A stretch of 57,588 nucleotides of DNA. Origin: a virus. Lineage: Duplodnaviria > Caudoviricetes. Positions 1 to 10,400 of this stretch are shown here, one piece after another. Below the pieces are notes generated by a model. It had not been told where the DNA came from. It saw only the letters and a list, made by a program, of their open reading frames with translations, and made no database searches. The DNA lies in the IMG/VR virus record IMGVR_UViG_3300031707_000018, positions 1 through 57,588 of that record. One strand, 5' to 3'. Made by a program: the position numbers and the translations under genes. Numbering within the stretch: position 1 is the first letter of the stretch; every line of letters begins with the position of its first letter.

Positions 1-148
1 CCTGGTCGGGGCCCGTGTTCATGGCATTCTCGTTCCCGTAGTAAGATGCGTAGCCTCCGTTCACCACTCGCAGGAACTCAGGTGGGAGAGGCGTGTAGAC
101 GGTGCCAGCCTGGAGCCACAAGACCCTGTCGAACGTAGGAGCTGCCAT
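1..148 (-). CDS. Partial CDS (5' end only, runs off window), probably a tail/baseplate-region protein
   Basis: ATG at 148 just downstream of the 151..1716 stop, with GGGAGGGA RBS-like sequence; frame open to window edge (MAAPTFDRVLWLQAGTVYTPLPPEF...). Confidence 0.6.
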   Translation of the reverse strand, partial: MAAPTFDRVLWLQAGTVYTPLPPEFLRVVNGGYASYYGNENAMNTGPDQ

Positions 149-150
149 CT

Positions 151-1716
151 CTATCCCTCCCTTGGCTGCAGGCTCAGCTCATCGTCGCGTCCCTGGAACA
201 TCAGCTGAGGCACCACCGTACCGTAGTCCTCGCGGAGGTACAGAACCTTCCGCGCATCATCCACCATGAAGTAATCGTAGTAGAGCGGGAAGGCCCACTC
301 GGTCTCGCCGTTCCACAGGTAGAGCCACTGCTGGTCGGACCGTCGGATCTCGGCGTGCGTGACGTAGACTTCGTCGCTGAGATCCAGCTCGATCATGGCC
401 AGGCACTCGAGGTAGCTCGGCCGTGGCCAAGGAGTCTTTGGGTCCACGATCGCCAGGAAGTGCTTGTTCCCCCCTTGGACGGAGGCCTTGTAGAGAACCA
501 CCAGCAGGTACCCGTGGAAGTAGGTCATGGCCTCGGGATACCAGGTGGCTCCATCCTCGAACCAGTCCCTCCAGTTCCTGAAGGCGATGTCGAACGGTCC
601 GATGATGTCTTCGGCGTCGACTCCCAGGGCCCTGATCCTTGGGTTGCTCGAGACATCCCTGATCAGCTGCCAGGCGAACTTCCACCTGTCTCCCCAGAAG
701 TCCACTTCGTAGTGCCGGCCCGTCGTCGAGTAGACCGTGATCCCATCCGTCCCGGGCGTCGGGACGGGCTCGATGGATCCGCCCATGTCTAGAACCGTGG
801 GGGATCCAGCGCGTGTCGGGATGGCCTTCCCCCAGAAGTTCTGGATCTTCTCGACGAACTGGGATCGGCGTGGATGTTCGATGACGACCGGCGCCATCTG
901 GTCGTAGAGGTCGAGGTACGGAGCGTTGTCGAAGAGGTTCGGCTTCCAGTCCTTGGCCTGCTCCCCTGGAGCTGCCATGGCGATGTCCACGTACAGGGAT
1001 GTGTTGATGGGGAACCCGGCGCTGTGCGTGGACACGACTCGGTAGCTGAACTTCACGATGTCTTGGCTGAACACGCTGGAGATCACCGCTTGCCGAGGAT
1101 ACCCGCCGGTGTCAGCGTCGAAGGCCACCCGAAGGGTCTCTATGGTGGCGTCGTGGTGGGTCCCGATGATCTCGAGGCCGAAGCCCGTCGCTGGCGGGGT
1201 GAGACCCGTCGCGCTGGACACGTACCAGATGTAGAAGCACCAGGCCACGCCGGCCTTGACCGGTTGATTCACGTCTTGGTAGAGGTCGACATAGTTGTAG
1301 GGGTCCGGCTGGAGCCGGATTGCATTGGCTCCCAGCAGTCCGGTAGCTACGTTGACAACGCCGACTCCCGTCGACCGCCAGAAGTCCGGCAGCCGGTCCT
1401 GGGAAGTCCACATCTCGAACGAGCTGTTGAGCAGGTAGTTGTCCAGGTCTCTTGGGCTCTTGAACTTGACCTCGAAGGGTAGCTGGATCTTCCTCAGCTG
1501 GTCCGGCTCGTCGAGGTTGGCCAGCTCAAGGTACCGGCTGCGCAGGAACTCCTCCAGCTGGTCGGTGACATGTTCGATCCCAGCCGCATGCGGGTTGATC
1601 AGGTACTGGAGGTTGGAGTCCCTCTCACGACGAGCCTTCATCCACGGCGGGAGGTTGTTGGCAACCCGCTGCGTCTCGACGGAGTAGAACCCAGCCTTCG
1701 GTTCGTATTCGCTCAT
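151..1716 (-). CDS. Baseplate/tail-associated structural protein, possibly with carbohydrate-binding-like domain
   Basis: 521 aa, ATGA-coupled to the baseplate J gene; NYLLNSSFE motif typical of CBM-like domains in tail proteins. Confidence 0.55.
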   Translation of the reverse strand: MSEYEPKAGFYSVETQRVANNLPPWMKARRERDSNLQYLINPHAAGIEHVTDQLEEFLRSRYLELANLDEPDQLRKIQLPFEVKFKSPRDLDNYLLNSSFEMWTSQDRLPDFWRSTGVGVVNVATGLLGANAIRLQPDPYNYVDLYQDVNQPVKAGVAWCFYIWYVSSATGLTPPATGFGLEIIGTHHDATIETLRVAFDADTGGYPRQAVISSVFSQDIVKFSYRVVSTHSAGFPINTSLYVDIAMAAPGEQAKDWKPNLFDNAPYLDLYDQMAPVVIEHPRRSQFVEKIQNFWGKAIPTRAGSPTVLDMGGSIEPVPTPGTDGITVYSTTGRHYEVDFWGDRWKFAWQLIRDVSSNPRIRALGVDAEDIIGPFDIAFRNWRDWFEDGATWYPEAMTYFHGYLLVVLYKASVQGGNKHFLAIVDPKTPWPRPSYLECLAMIELDLSDEVYVTHAEIRRSDQQWLYLWNGETEWAFPLYYDYFMVDDARKVLYLREDYGTVVPQLMFQGRDDELSLQPREG

Positions 1717-2846
1717 ACCGCGGCCACCACGACGGCGTTCTCGGACTCGGGGTCTGGCATGAACAGTTCATCTTCACGCAGCCGGTAGTTCCTCAGCAGC
1801 TGGGGCCGGCGCTGGAAGGTCAGGCAGACGATGCGGTGATCGTAGACCTTCGGATCGGAGTTCTGGATCCGTCCCTCCAGCTGACGTAGGACCATGTTCC
1901 CTCCCAAGGGAACTTGGTCCAAGTAGCTGATGATCGCTGCGCGGACGTTGTCCTTGATGGCGAGCTGCTCGGACGATGGCGTTCCCTTGGCCATCTGGAT
2001 CTGGGTGTAGACCTCGTAGGGAACCATGGCCGGCCCGCGGCAGAAGAGACGCACTCCGCCGGCCTTCTCCCGCTCTCCCAGGAACTGGCAGGCCTTGACC
2101 ACGGACTCCGTCACGAAGTTCCCCGCTGGGATGATCAGGGCGTCCATGTAGCCCGGGTATTCCCTGATGACCACGTTGGAGACTCCAGGGACCGGTAGCA
2201 TGGCGATCCGTACGGCGGTGAGATTCGCCGACTCACGGATGGCCCGGCTGTTGGCGATCCGGTACCGGTAGTTGTCGTCGGACTCGATGTCGGAGCCTGT
2301 CGAGATGTCCCTGGCGTTAGTGACGAAGACGTCGGCGATCCCCAGGGAGTGGACGGTGAGGACGTTGACCCCGACATTGGAAGAGCTGCCGGAGTTGATG
2401 GACGCAGCAGCCACGAAGACCTTGTCGGTCACGTCGTCGAAGATCGAGGCTTCCGTGGTCTTGTATTGGATCGACCCGGCGGAGTTCTGGATGATCGTGC
2501 CGATGGGGATCACCTTGGAGGGGATCTTCGCGGCCAGTGTTCCCGTCGCCACGTAGAACTTGATCACCTCGTCCTCACGCGACATCAGCGCCTGGGAGCT
2601 GGTTCTGCGGACGAGCCCGACCACGGATCCGAGAAGGTCCAGGAAGATGCCCGTAGCGGAGGTCAGGAAGCCCATGGCCACGTTGAAGCGGAGGGTGCCG
2701 TAGATCTCGCCGAGACGACGGTTTATGATCTGCAGGAGGGCTCTGGCCCTGGATCCTTCCGTCAGGTTGGTGATCTTGCCTTCCCGGGCGAGCTCGCTGA
2801 TGCAGAGGGCATTCAGCTCGGCTTCCGACTTGTATTCGATGGCCAT
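1713..2846 (-). CDS. Baseplate J-like wedge protein
   Basis: Motifs TSATGIFLDLLG, IPIGTII, GSDIESDDNYRYRI and VPGVSNV typical of Baseplate_J; position in the tail module. Confidence 0.9.
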   Translation of the reverse strand: MAIEYKSEAELNALCISELAREGKITNLTEGSRARALLQIINRRLGEIYGTLRFNVAMGFLTSATGIFLDLLGSVVGLVRRTSSQALMSREDEVIKFYVATGTLAAKIPSKVIPIGTIIQNSAGSIQYKTTEASIFDDVTDKVFVAAASINSGSSSNVGVNVLTVHSLGIADVFVTNARDISTGSDIESDDNYRYRIANSRAIRESANLTAVRIAMLPVPGVSNVVIREYPGYMDALIIPAGNFVTESVVKACQFLGEREKAGGVRLFCRGPAMVPYEVYTQIQMAKGTPSSEQLAIKDNVRAAIISYLDQVPLGGNMVLRQLEGRIQNSDPKVYDHRIVCLTFQRRPQLLRNYRLREDELFMPDPESENAVVVAAV

Positions 2847-2849
2847 CGT

Positions 2850-3302
2850 TCACTCCTTGGGACCGGTGATCCGGCTGATGAGTCCAACGTCCAAGGAGAT
2901 GTTGAACCCTACGATCAGGCTGGAGTCGTAGGCGTTCAGCTTCTGGGACATCCCCTCGATGTAATCCTGGACGAAGATGAAGGCGGCGATCGTCTCACGG
3001 CCCACCGGCACGACGTCGACGAAGAGGCTGTTCCTCGGGAAGCGCCCATCCTTGATCAGGGAGTAGTAGATCTGCTCCTTGGCCATGCTACCGGTCAGCC
3101 GCTTGTTGGGCTGGCCACGGATGGCGATCAGGTTCGCTCCAAGCGCGGAGTTGGGGGCGAAGTCCAGGTGGTCCGTCCGGACCCTGAACTCGACGTCCTG
3201 GATGACGGTGCGCTCGGCAGTGGCCAGCTTCACGTCGCCGGTGTCGTCCACCACGATGTCGCCATCGTCATCGAACTCGAGATCTCTTCCGACCTGGGGC
3301 AT
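2850..3302 (-). CDS. Baseplate wedge subunit / sheath initiator (gp25-like)
   Basis: Start re-called at MPQVGRDL (TGATG overlap with upstream gene); DLEFDDDGDIVVDDTGDVKL...QDVEFRVRT...LGANL pattern; immediately upstream of baseplate J. Confidence 0.75.
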   Translation of the reverse strand: MPQVGRDLEFDDDGDIVVDDTGDVKLATAERTVIQDVEFRVRTDHLDFAPNSALGANLIAIRGQPNKRLTGSMAKEQIYYSLIKDGRFPRNSLFVDVVPVGRETIAAFIFVQDYIEGMSQKLNAYDSSLIVGFNISLDVGLISRITGPKE

Positions 3303-3853
3303 CAATCGTCTCCCATGGCTTCGTCTAGAACGCGGATGGCGATGATTACTCCTCGAACAAGGCCACGAACCCACATGGGCGCCGTGTTGAGCATGGGCTT
3401 GTAGGGGTCCACGATGTGGTTGGCCCCGTAGGCCTCCTTGCGGTTCCGGGTCTTGCCATCCGCATAGATGTCCTTGTCCGCCGTCGTGTCCCTCTCCAGA
3501 GGCTGGCCACCCGTCCTGAACTCGCTCCCATCCATCCCGTCGATCTTGATCCCGGGATCGTTCGGGTCGGACGCGTGAGTCTCAATGCCACGTTCCCTGA
3601 GAAGGATCGTCTGGCCACCATCACCGACGATGAGATCGCTCTCGTTGATGTCGTCCAGGTTACCTGGCCTGTTCATGGTACCCGAACGGTTGGCCAGCTG
3701 CTGCAACTGAATCTGCCGCGGGGTCCGCTGGGTCTCCTCCCCTTCGCCCTTCTGTACGGCCGCCGCTACCTCCTGGTCAATCGTGGAGGTGGTATCGAGG
3801 TCGTAGGTCTCCCCAACTCTCTGGGGAACATCGTCTACTTGTTTGTCACCCAC
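3302..3853 (-). CDS. Hypothetical baseplate protein (possible spike-related)
   Basis: 183 aa, coupled to neighbours, lies between hub and wedge genes; short beta-strand-like segments. Confidence 0.5.
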   Translation of the reverse strand: MGDKQVDDVPQRVGETYDLDTTSTIDQEVAAAVQKGEGEETQRTPRQIQLQQLANRSGTMNRPGNLDDINESDLIVGDGGQTILLRERGIETHASDPNDPGIKIDGMDGSEFRTGGQPLERDTTADKDIYADGKTRNRKEAYGANHIVDPYKPMLNTAPMWVRGLVRGVIIAIRVLDEAMGDD

Positions 3854-4413
3854 GGCTGGGATCCTTTGGTGAAGTCAGGGAAGATCTTCCTGGCCGAATA
3901 GAAGGTGCTGCGGACGGCTTCCGTACCCTCCGTGGGTCGGGCCTTCAGAGTTAGCTTCCCAAGGGCCCCCGGCTTGAGCAAGCCGCTGTCCAGCTGGACT
4001 TCCACGTTCCAGGTCTCCGGGTTGGGGATCCTCTTGACCGAGCTAGGATCAAGGCGGATCGGGATGATCAGCCTCTCGAGGAACTGGACCACCGGTTCGT
4101 GGTCGTCCCGGCGCTCATAGTCCCACAAGGTCGGCCAGTTCTGCTCAGCCATGAGGCTGAACCCGTTGGTGCAGGCCTGCAGGTTGATGCAGTCCACGAG
4201 ACCATTCGGGTGGGTGCCCCAGCCGTACTCGTCCTCGCCGGGGAATCCCCCGCGCGCCAGGCCGGGAACGAAGTACGGATTGAGGGCTCCGTGGCCGATG
4301 AAGATGGGGCTGCGGAAGATCGGAAGGACCAGCTTCTGCAGCTGGCCGCCAAGAGGGACCTCTCCCTTGGCGCCCTGGCCCCGCTTCTGCATCTTGGCGA
4401 GTTCGCCTGGCAT
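3835..4413 (-). CDS. Hypothetical baseplate-region protein
   Basis: 192 aa, TAATG-coupled to the hub gene stop. Confidence 0.55.
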   Translation of the reverse strand: MPGELAKMQKRGQGAKGEVPLGGQLQKLVLPIFRSPIFIGHGALNPYFVPGLARGGFPGEDEYGWGTHPNGLVDCINLQACTNGFSLMAEQNWPTLWDYERRDDHEPVVQFLERLIIPIRLDPSSVKRIPNPETWNVEVQLDSGLLKPGALGKLTLKARPTEGTEAVRSTFYSARKIFPDFTKGSQPWVTNK

Positions 4414-7400
4414 TAGAGGTCCTCCCAGGCCTTCGTGGCGATCTCGGAGGTTAGGCCGGCCCCACGCGTGATGTTAGACCACTGCTTGAAGATCCTGAGC
4501 GTCCAGTCGGCGTCGGACCATCCGCGTAGGCCTGCGGTCCATGGGGAGCCGTTCCTCACAAGAGGGATGATATCCACGGGTGCCCGCATGCTACCATAGC
4601 GCCCACGGCCGGTCAAGTTGCCCCAGAGCCCAGCTCCGGACTCCTCGTTCAGCTTCCAGCTCTGCCACATGTAAGAGCCGATCAGGCCGATCCCAGCGCC
4701 TCCAATGGCCCCAACAGGAGCCAAGATGAGACCCACGGCAGAACCGGTGCCGATTCCGACTGCGCCACCAGCTGGGCCGCCCATAGCGAACCCACCAGCC
4801 CCGCCAGCAGCTCCACCCAGGACGAGTGAAGGTGCCGTCCCAAGAACCCCACCCAACAGGGTGGCTCCCCCGATCCAGCCCAGACTCTTGAGGGCGTTGA
4901 GCTGGCCGCAGACCATGCAGTCGATCCAGCTGGACCTGCTCTGCGGGATGCAGATCGCATGCGGAACCACCGTGGTTATGTAGCCGGTGTCCGGACCGAA
5001 GTGGGTGATCACCCGTTCCGCTTCGATCGGACCGAAGGTGTTCTCGTACGGGTCGTTGATCCAGATGATGTCGTGTGGCTTGATCCTCTCGTTGCCACGG
5101 AGGATCAGCTCACCGCGGTACATCGGCCGCAGGGCCTCGGCCAGGTTGGAGTAGGCTGCCAGCTCGGCGCCGATGGACTGGTCGATGTTCAGCTCGGTGA
5201 TGAGCCGGACCTTCTTCTCGTTCGGCTGAATGTTCTCGTTGACCATCAGCTCGAACGTACTCCAGTGTTTGTCGTAGGCAACGAAGTACCGGCCGCCACC
5301 CTCGGTGTAGTTCCCGATGTTGTTGGAGTACTGGACCACAACCGTGTTGGCCATCTGTTCTTTGGTGGCGATGATCCCGTTCTTGATGATGTGCTGCAGG
5401 GCGTCCGCCATGTGGTGGTCCCTGAAGCGCTTGGTCCTCGGGTTGTGCTCGTACTTCTCCGCCTTACGACCCTCGTTGTAGGCCTCCTTCAGGAGCTTGG
5501 TGTCGCCGATCAAGATCTGCTGCTCAAGCCACATCTTGAGCATGGACATGAAGAGCTTCCAGTCCGGCATCACGTCCAGGATGGACTCGACCATCTTGTC
5601 GTAGGCGTCCCTGGGGATCTGGTTCCCATGGGCATCCGTGACTCCGGCATTGCCGTCGTGCATAGCGTTGAGAGCGCGCAGATCCGTGGACTTCTCCATC
5701 ATGCTTCGGAGGGACCGGTTGTACTCGTTCGTCCCATCGTTCTTCAGGCCCATCTTCTCGACCTTGTCCCTCCAGTCAGTGAGAGACACAAGGATCGAGC
5801 CGGGTAGCAGGCTATCGCGCGTTGCGCTGGCCGTGAACTTCTGGACCTTGTTGATATCCTTGACATACTGGATGCGGCCATCTTGCCGCTGCACGGTCTG
5901 GCCGCCTTCGCTGTCGACGATGTTGTCACCCGCGTCGTTCGTGACACCCAACATCTCTCCACTGCTTATGAGCGCATTATAGCTGGCCTTCGCGTTCTCG
6001 ATTGGGGCTGACATGATTCGGAAGGTCGCGACGTTCTTGGCGAGGGTGATCCACGCCTCAGCCGCTTTGTCGCCGCTGGCATAGGCCGCCGTGTACCGGT
6101 TGAAGAAGTAGGCGAGGATGACCTTGAGATTGGTGTCACCGAGGTTCTTCTCAATGTACTTGATGTCCGTCGTGATATCGGGGGACTCCGTGTAGCCCGA
6201 GAGCAGCTCCCTACCAACTCTCTTGCCCTCTTCCTTGTAGTCCTTGCCCATCAAACCGAAGGTCAGGGTCCCAAGGAGCCGTCCCGGAATCGAGCCGGCG
6301 GCGCTTGAGAGACTCTTGACGATCTCCTTGCCGGCAGTGTGTCGGGCGCGGAAGTTCTCCTTGAACACAGAGCCTTGTACCGATCCCTCAAAGTTGAGGA
6401 CGACGTCGATGATCAAGTTCTCGTTGGGCTTGCTCGGGTTCCTCTGGTAGTCCAGCCACAGACGTTCCTCGTTCTGCTTGAGGCTCGTGTACCAGTACCT
6501 CTGCTCGGGCTTGCCGAAGAAGAGCGTCGCCTGATGGTCGTAAGGACGGACATCGAAGACGTAGCCTGGTAGATGCCTGGTCAGCTCATGGAGGACCTCG
6601 AGCCCCGTGCTGTCGGGGATGAGATACTCACTCCCGGAGGAGAACCAGTTCCTCCAGAAGGACTGCCGCGGCAGGTAGATGTTGGACATCTTCCTGTCGC
6701 TGGTCAGCTCAGCTACGGTAGCTGCAGCGCCGCCAAGGGCTGAACCGATCAGACCTCCGACGTACTTGCCGGCCAGGTAACCAGTGATCGGGCCCCCGAA
6801 GATGTTGACCGTGCCGACCACTGCTCCGGCTGCTCCACCGATAGCCTCGCCGACACCACCATACACACCTTCGGCCTGCTTCCTGGCTTCGCTGGTCTTG
6901 CCGTCGGCCGAGCCAGCTCTGTACCCATCCCAACCGACTCTCTCGGGAGAGTCTCGGTTGTAATCTTCGCCGGCCACGTTCTGCCCGTTGAGGATCCCCG
7001 CCTCATAGGGGCTCCACTTGCCGAAGTGCATGGTCGGAGAGTTCTCCATGATCCACTGCACAACGCGGTATGGCTCGGCGCTGGAACTGATGAAGGTGTT
7101 CAGGGGAACGGTCAGCTCGTTCTTGTAGCTCTGGGCGATGATGGTGATGACGTCACCCGGGTCGATCTCGACGATCTGACCAGTGAACTTGATCTCGAGA
7201 TCTTCGTCGCTTGAGCCGTACCCAACCTTGAGCATGATCGGCGTACCAGTCTGCAGGAAGAAGGCGCTCAGCTGCTTCCTCTCGCCAGTTCCCTTCTCCA
7301 GGCCGGCAGAGCCTAGGGGTGGACGGGGATCCTTGTAGCTCCCATCAGCTTGGATCCAGCTGGCGTCCTCCTGGAGTCGGTCCTGATCCTCGTAGCTGGT

Positions 7401-10400
7401 TCTGGCCTGATCGAGGTTGCCCGTGACGTTGATGAGCCGGATCTGCAGCAGAGACGGCTCGAACTTGTGTTCGGACAGCTGGAAGTCGATGACGGCGTTG
7501 TACGCGTAGAAGTCGTCCCAGTACCCGAACTGCTCGTTGTCCTCTTCGATGAAGTAGAGGCGGAACGTGGGGAAGGCCCTGGACAGCCGGCCGACATCGT
7601 CCTTGGTGGTATCAAGGACTTCTCGGAACAAGCTCCGCATGTTGGCCGGGCTATCATGCTGCAGCTCGCCGAAGGCCTTCCTGAGCTTTGGGTTGGCCGG
7701 CATGTAGGAGTGCATGGGGGTGTTGCCGAAGCCCTCATCGACGGGCGTGGACTTCCACATCCCTTGCACATTCCGCATCTTGCCGTAGGACCCATCGGGA
7801 TTGGGTACTAGGTCGAGGTTGCTGACAAGGTCGCTTCTGTCACCCTCCATGATGGCCGATGCCCGCTCAGGACGCATCGCGCGCTGGTTCTGAATCCGCT
7901 TGGCGTCGGCCCTGTTGATGTCTCCCTTGGTCCGGGTGCTCTGGTCCGGATTCATCTCCGTGCTGGGAGGGTTGTACAGAGCGTCCACCTCGGAGCTCAG
8001 CTCCTCAGCCTGGGAATCGAAGTACTGAGAGACACGGTTGTGGTAGTAGAAGAAGTCCGGATCGACAGGATCCGTCGGCTGCTTGGCGATGTCGTACTTG
8101 TCCTGATCCAGTGGCGCCTGGCGTCCGAGGTCACTCCACGTCGGCATGAAGCGACGCATGACTTCTTTGGTCTTGGCTCCCATGTACTTGGTGGTGAATA
8201 TGCGCATGGCCTGGACGGACAGGCTCGTTGCAGGTGTGGCGCCAAGCATCTCGGACGACCCGAAGAAGGCGTCGGCGAAGGTCGGCAGGGCCAGGTCGGG
8301 GTAGTTGCTGATAGCCCTGATGTCCTTCATCTTCGAGAGCATGGCGTCCTGGACTTCCTTGAAGTTGTCCCGTGCGTAGTCCATCAGGGCATCGAGACCA
8401 GCCAGCTCGTCCGGGAATCCGGGCCCGCGGATCGTCGTGACGATCTCCTTGAGGTACTTGTTGGGGTTCCTGTCGAACTCCATGTACTTCTTGCTGTCTA
8501 CCTGCCACAGCGGAGCTGCCGGAACTTTGCCGGCAATCTTGGTGGGTCGCTTGGAGGCAGACCAGAACTTGAGGGCCTCGCCAGCCAGGCGGGAGAGCTC
8601 CGCGAAGAAGTCATTGGAAGTCGGCCTCTTCTCAACCTCGGCTGCTTTGGTCAGCGAGCTGGTGTACTCCTTCAGGAAGGAGGATGGTGGATTGGATGCG
8701 GCCCGACCGAAGTTGTCAGTGCCAAGGCCGGAGTTGTAGCCGTAGAACTTGCCGATGCCGCTGATCCCACTCAGGTCTGCCTGCTCTTCCTTCTTCCGCC
8801 TCTTCTCCTCTTCCTCCTGCTTGGTCTTGGCGAACTCCTTCTTCAGGTTCTCCAGTATGGCCCCAACGATCTCAGGTCTGTTGGCGAACACCTGGGTCAT
8901 GACACCTTTGGTGAGGATGCCGCCATTCCTGTACAGAGCCTGGAAGCAGTAGGGACCGGCGGGAGAGTTGGCGAACTGACCACGCTCGGTAGATTGATCA
9001 TCCCGGAGGTACCGGTCGGCGATGTCGATGGCGTAGTCCAGGGAGATCGCGGAGAGGTTGTCCCGTAGATCGGGCCTAGCCATCCTCAGCTGTTCACGTT
9101 TGTCCTGGTTGACCGTGTACTCCGTCAGGTCCAGCATGATCGTCGAGGAGTAGATCTCACCCGGATTGTTCCGAGTCGTGACCCCGTCGATCTGGACCGC
9201 GCGCACGCCGGCGAGAGCCAGCAGGTCGTTAGTGACCCTGATCTTGGAGGATCTTCGGGCCTTCGGTCCACCGATCAGCGCCACCTGGTCCGTCAGCAGC
9301 TTCATCCGGTGGATCCGGGCCACGGCCCTGTCGTGGGCGTACTTGTCGTCTCCGACCGCATGGAAGGCGACGGAGATCTTGGCGTTGATGGCGCCGAGAT
9401 GTTGAGCCGTGCCGTATAGACAGCCTTGGATCGGCTGGATGGCGACTCGATTCTGGATGACGATCGAGGTCTGGACCGGGATCAGGTTCGGATCGCCCGT
9501 CAGGATCTCTAGGGTCTCCGGTTCGGGCTTCACCTTCTTGGTCCGGATGCCAGCACCAGATGAGCTATACATGCTGTTCGGGCCGACGGCTTCCGCCGGA
9601 ACCGTCAAGGTCAAATCGAACTTGGCGTCGTCCGAATCGGCCGGGACGAACCTTGGAGTTGGGTACTGGAAGGTGAAGGACTGGCCCGCGGCGAACCGGA
9701 ACTTGCCCAGGTACCCCATGCCCATGTCGGAAGGCTGGTCCAGGTCAGCTGACGTGTCGCCCGCGAGGTATCGGCGCCGGACGTAGTACGAGAACCACGG
9801 GCACTGGCTGATGTCCAGCGTCGGAGTTCCCAGCGCCGTCTTGTAGGCGAACTCCTGGACGTAGGGGCCGAAGGCGAAGTACAGGCAGGCCAAGCGGACC
9901 CTCAGCGTGTCGATCTCTCCGGGCACCGTCTCGATCGAGAGGGTGTGGAGGACGACAGGAACCACGGGCCGCCTGGACGCCGTTGGGATGCCCAGCCTGA
10001 CCAGCTCGGCGTGGGTATCCCGGATGGTGATCAGGATGTTGTTGGCCGTACGCCCCAGTTCGGTCAATCCACTGACGCTGTAGATCGTGGGGTTGCCAAG
10101 AGAGTCCTTCAACAGCTCACCCATCCCGACGCTGCGGGCCGGTCCCATGGCAGTGTTCTTTAGGCCAGCACTTCCAACAGTGTCCGACAGCTGGGTGAGG
10201 AGCTCGTCCGGAAGCATGTTCAGCAGGCGTTCCCGGATGGCGGCCTCGGTCGTACTGGTCTTCAGAAGGGACAGCCGCATGAAGGCCGGGTTGGCGACGA
10301 GGATATCCACCATCTGGCGCTGGATCTTGACGTACTCGTCGTAGGCGCGCATGACCTTGAGGTTCAGGTCGTCGATGGTCTTGGCCGGCACGTTGGCTGC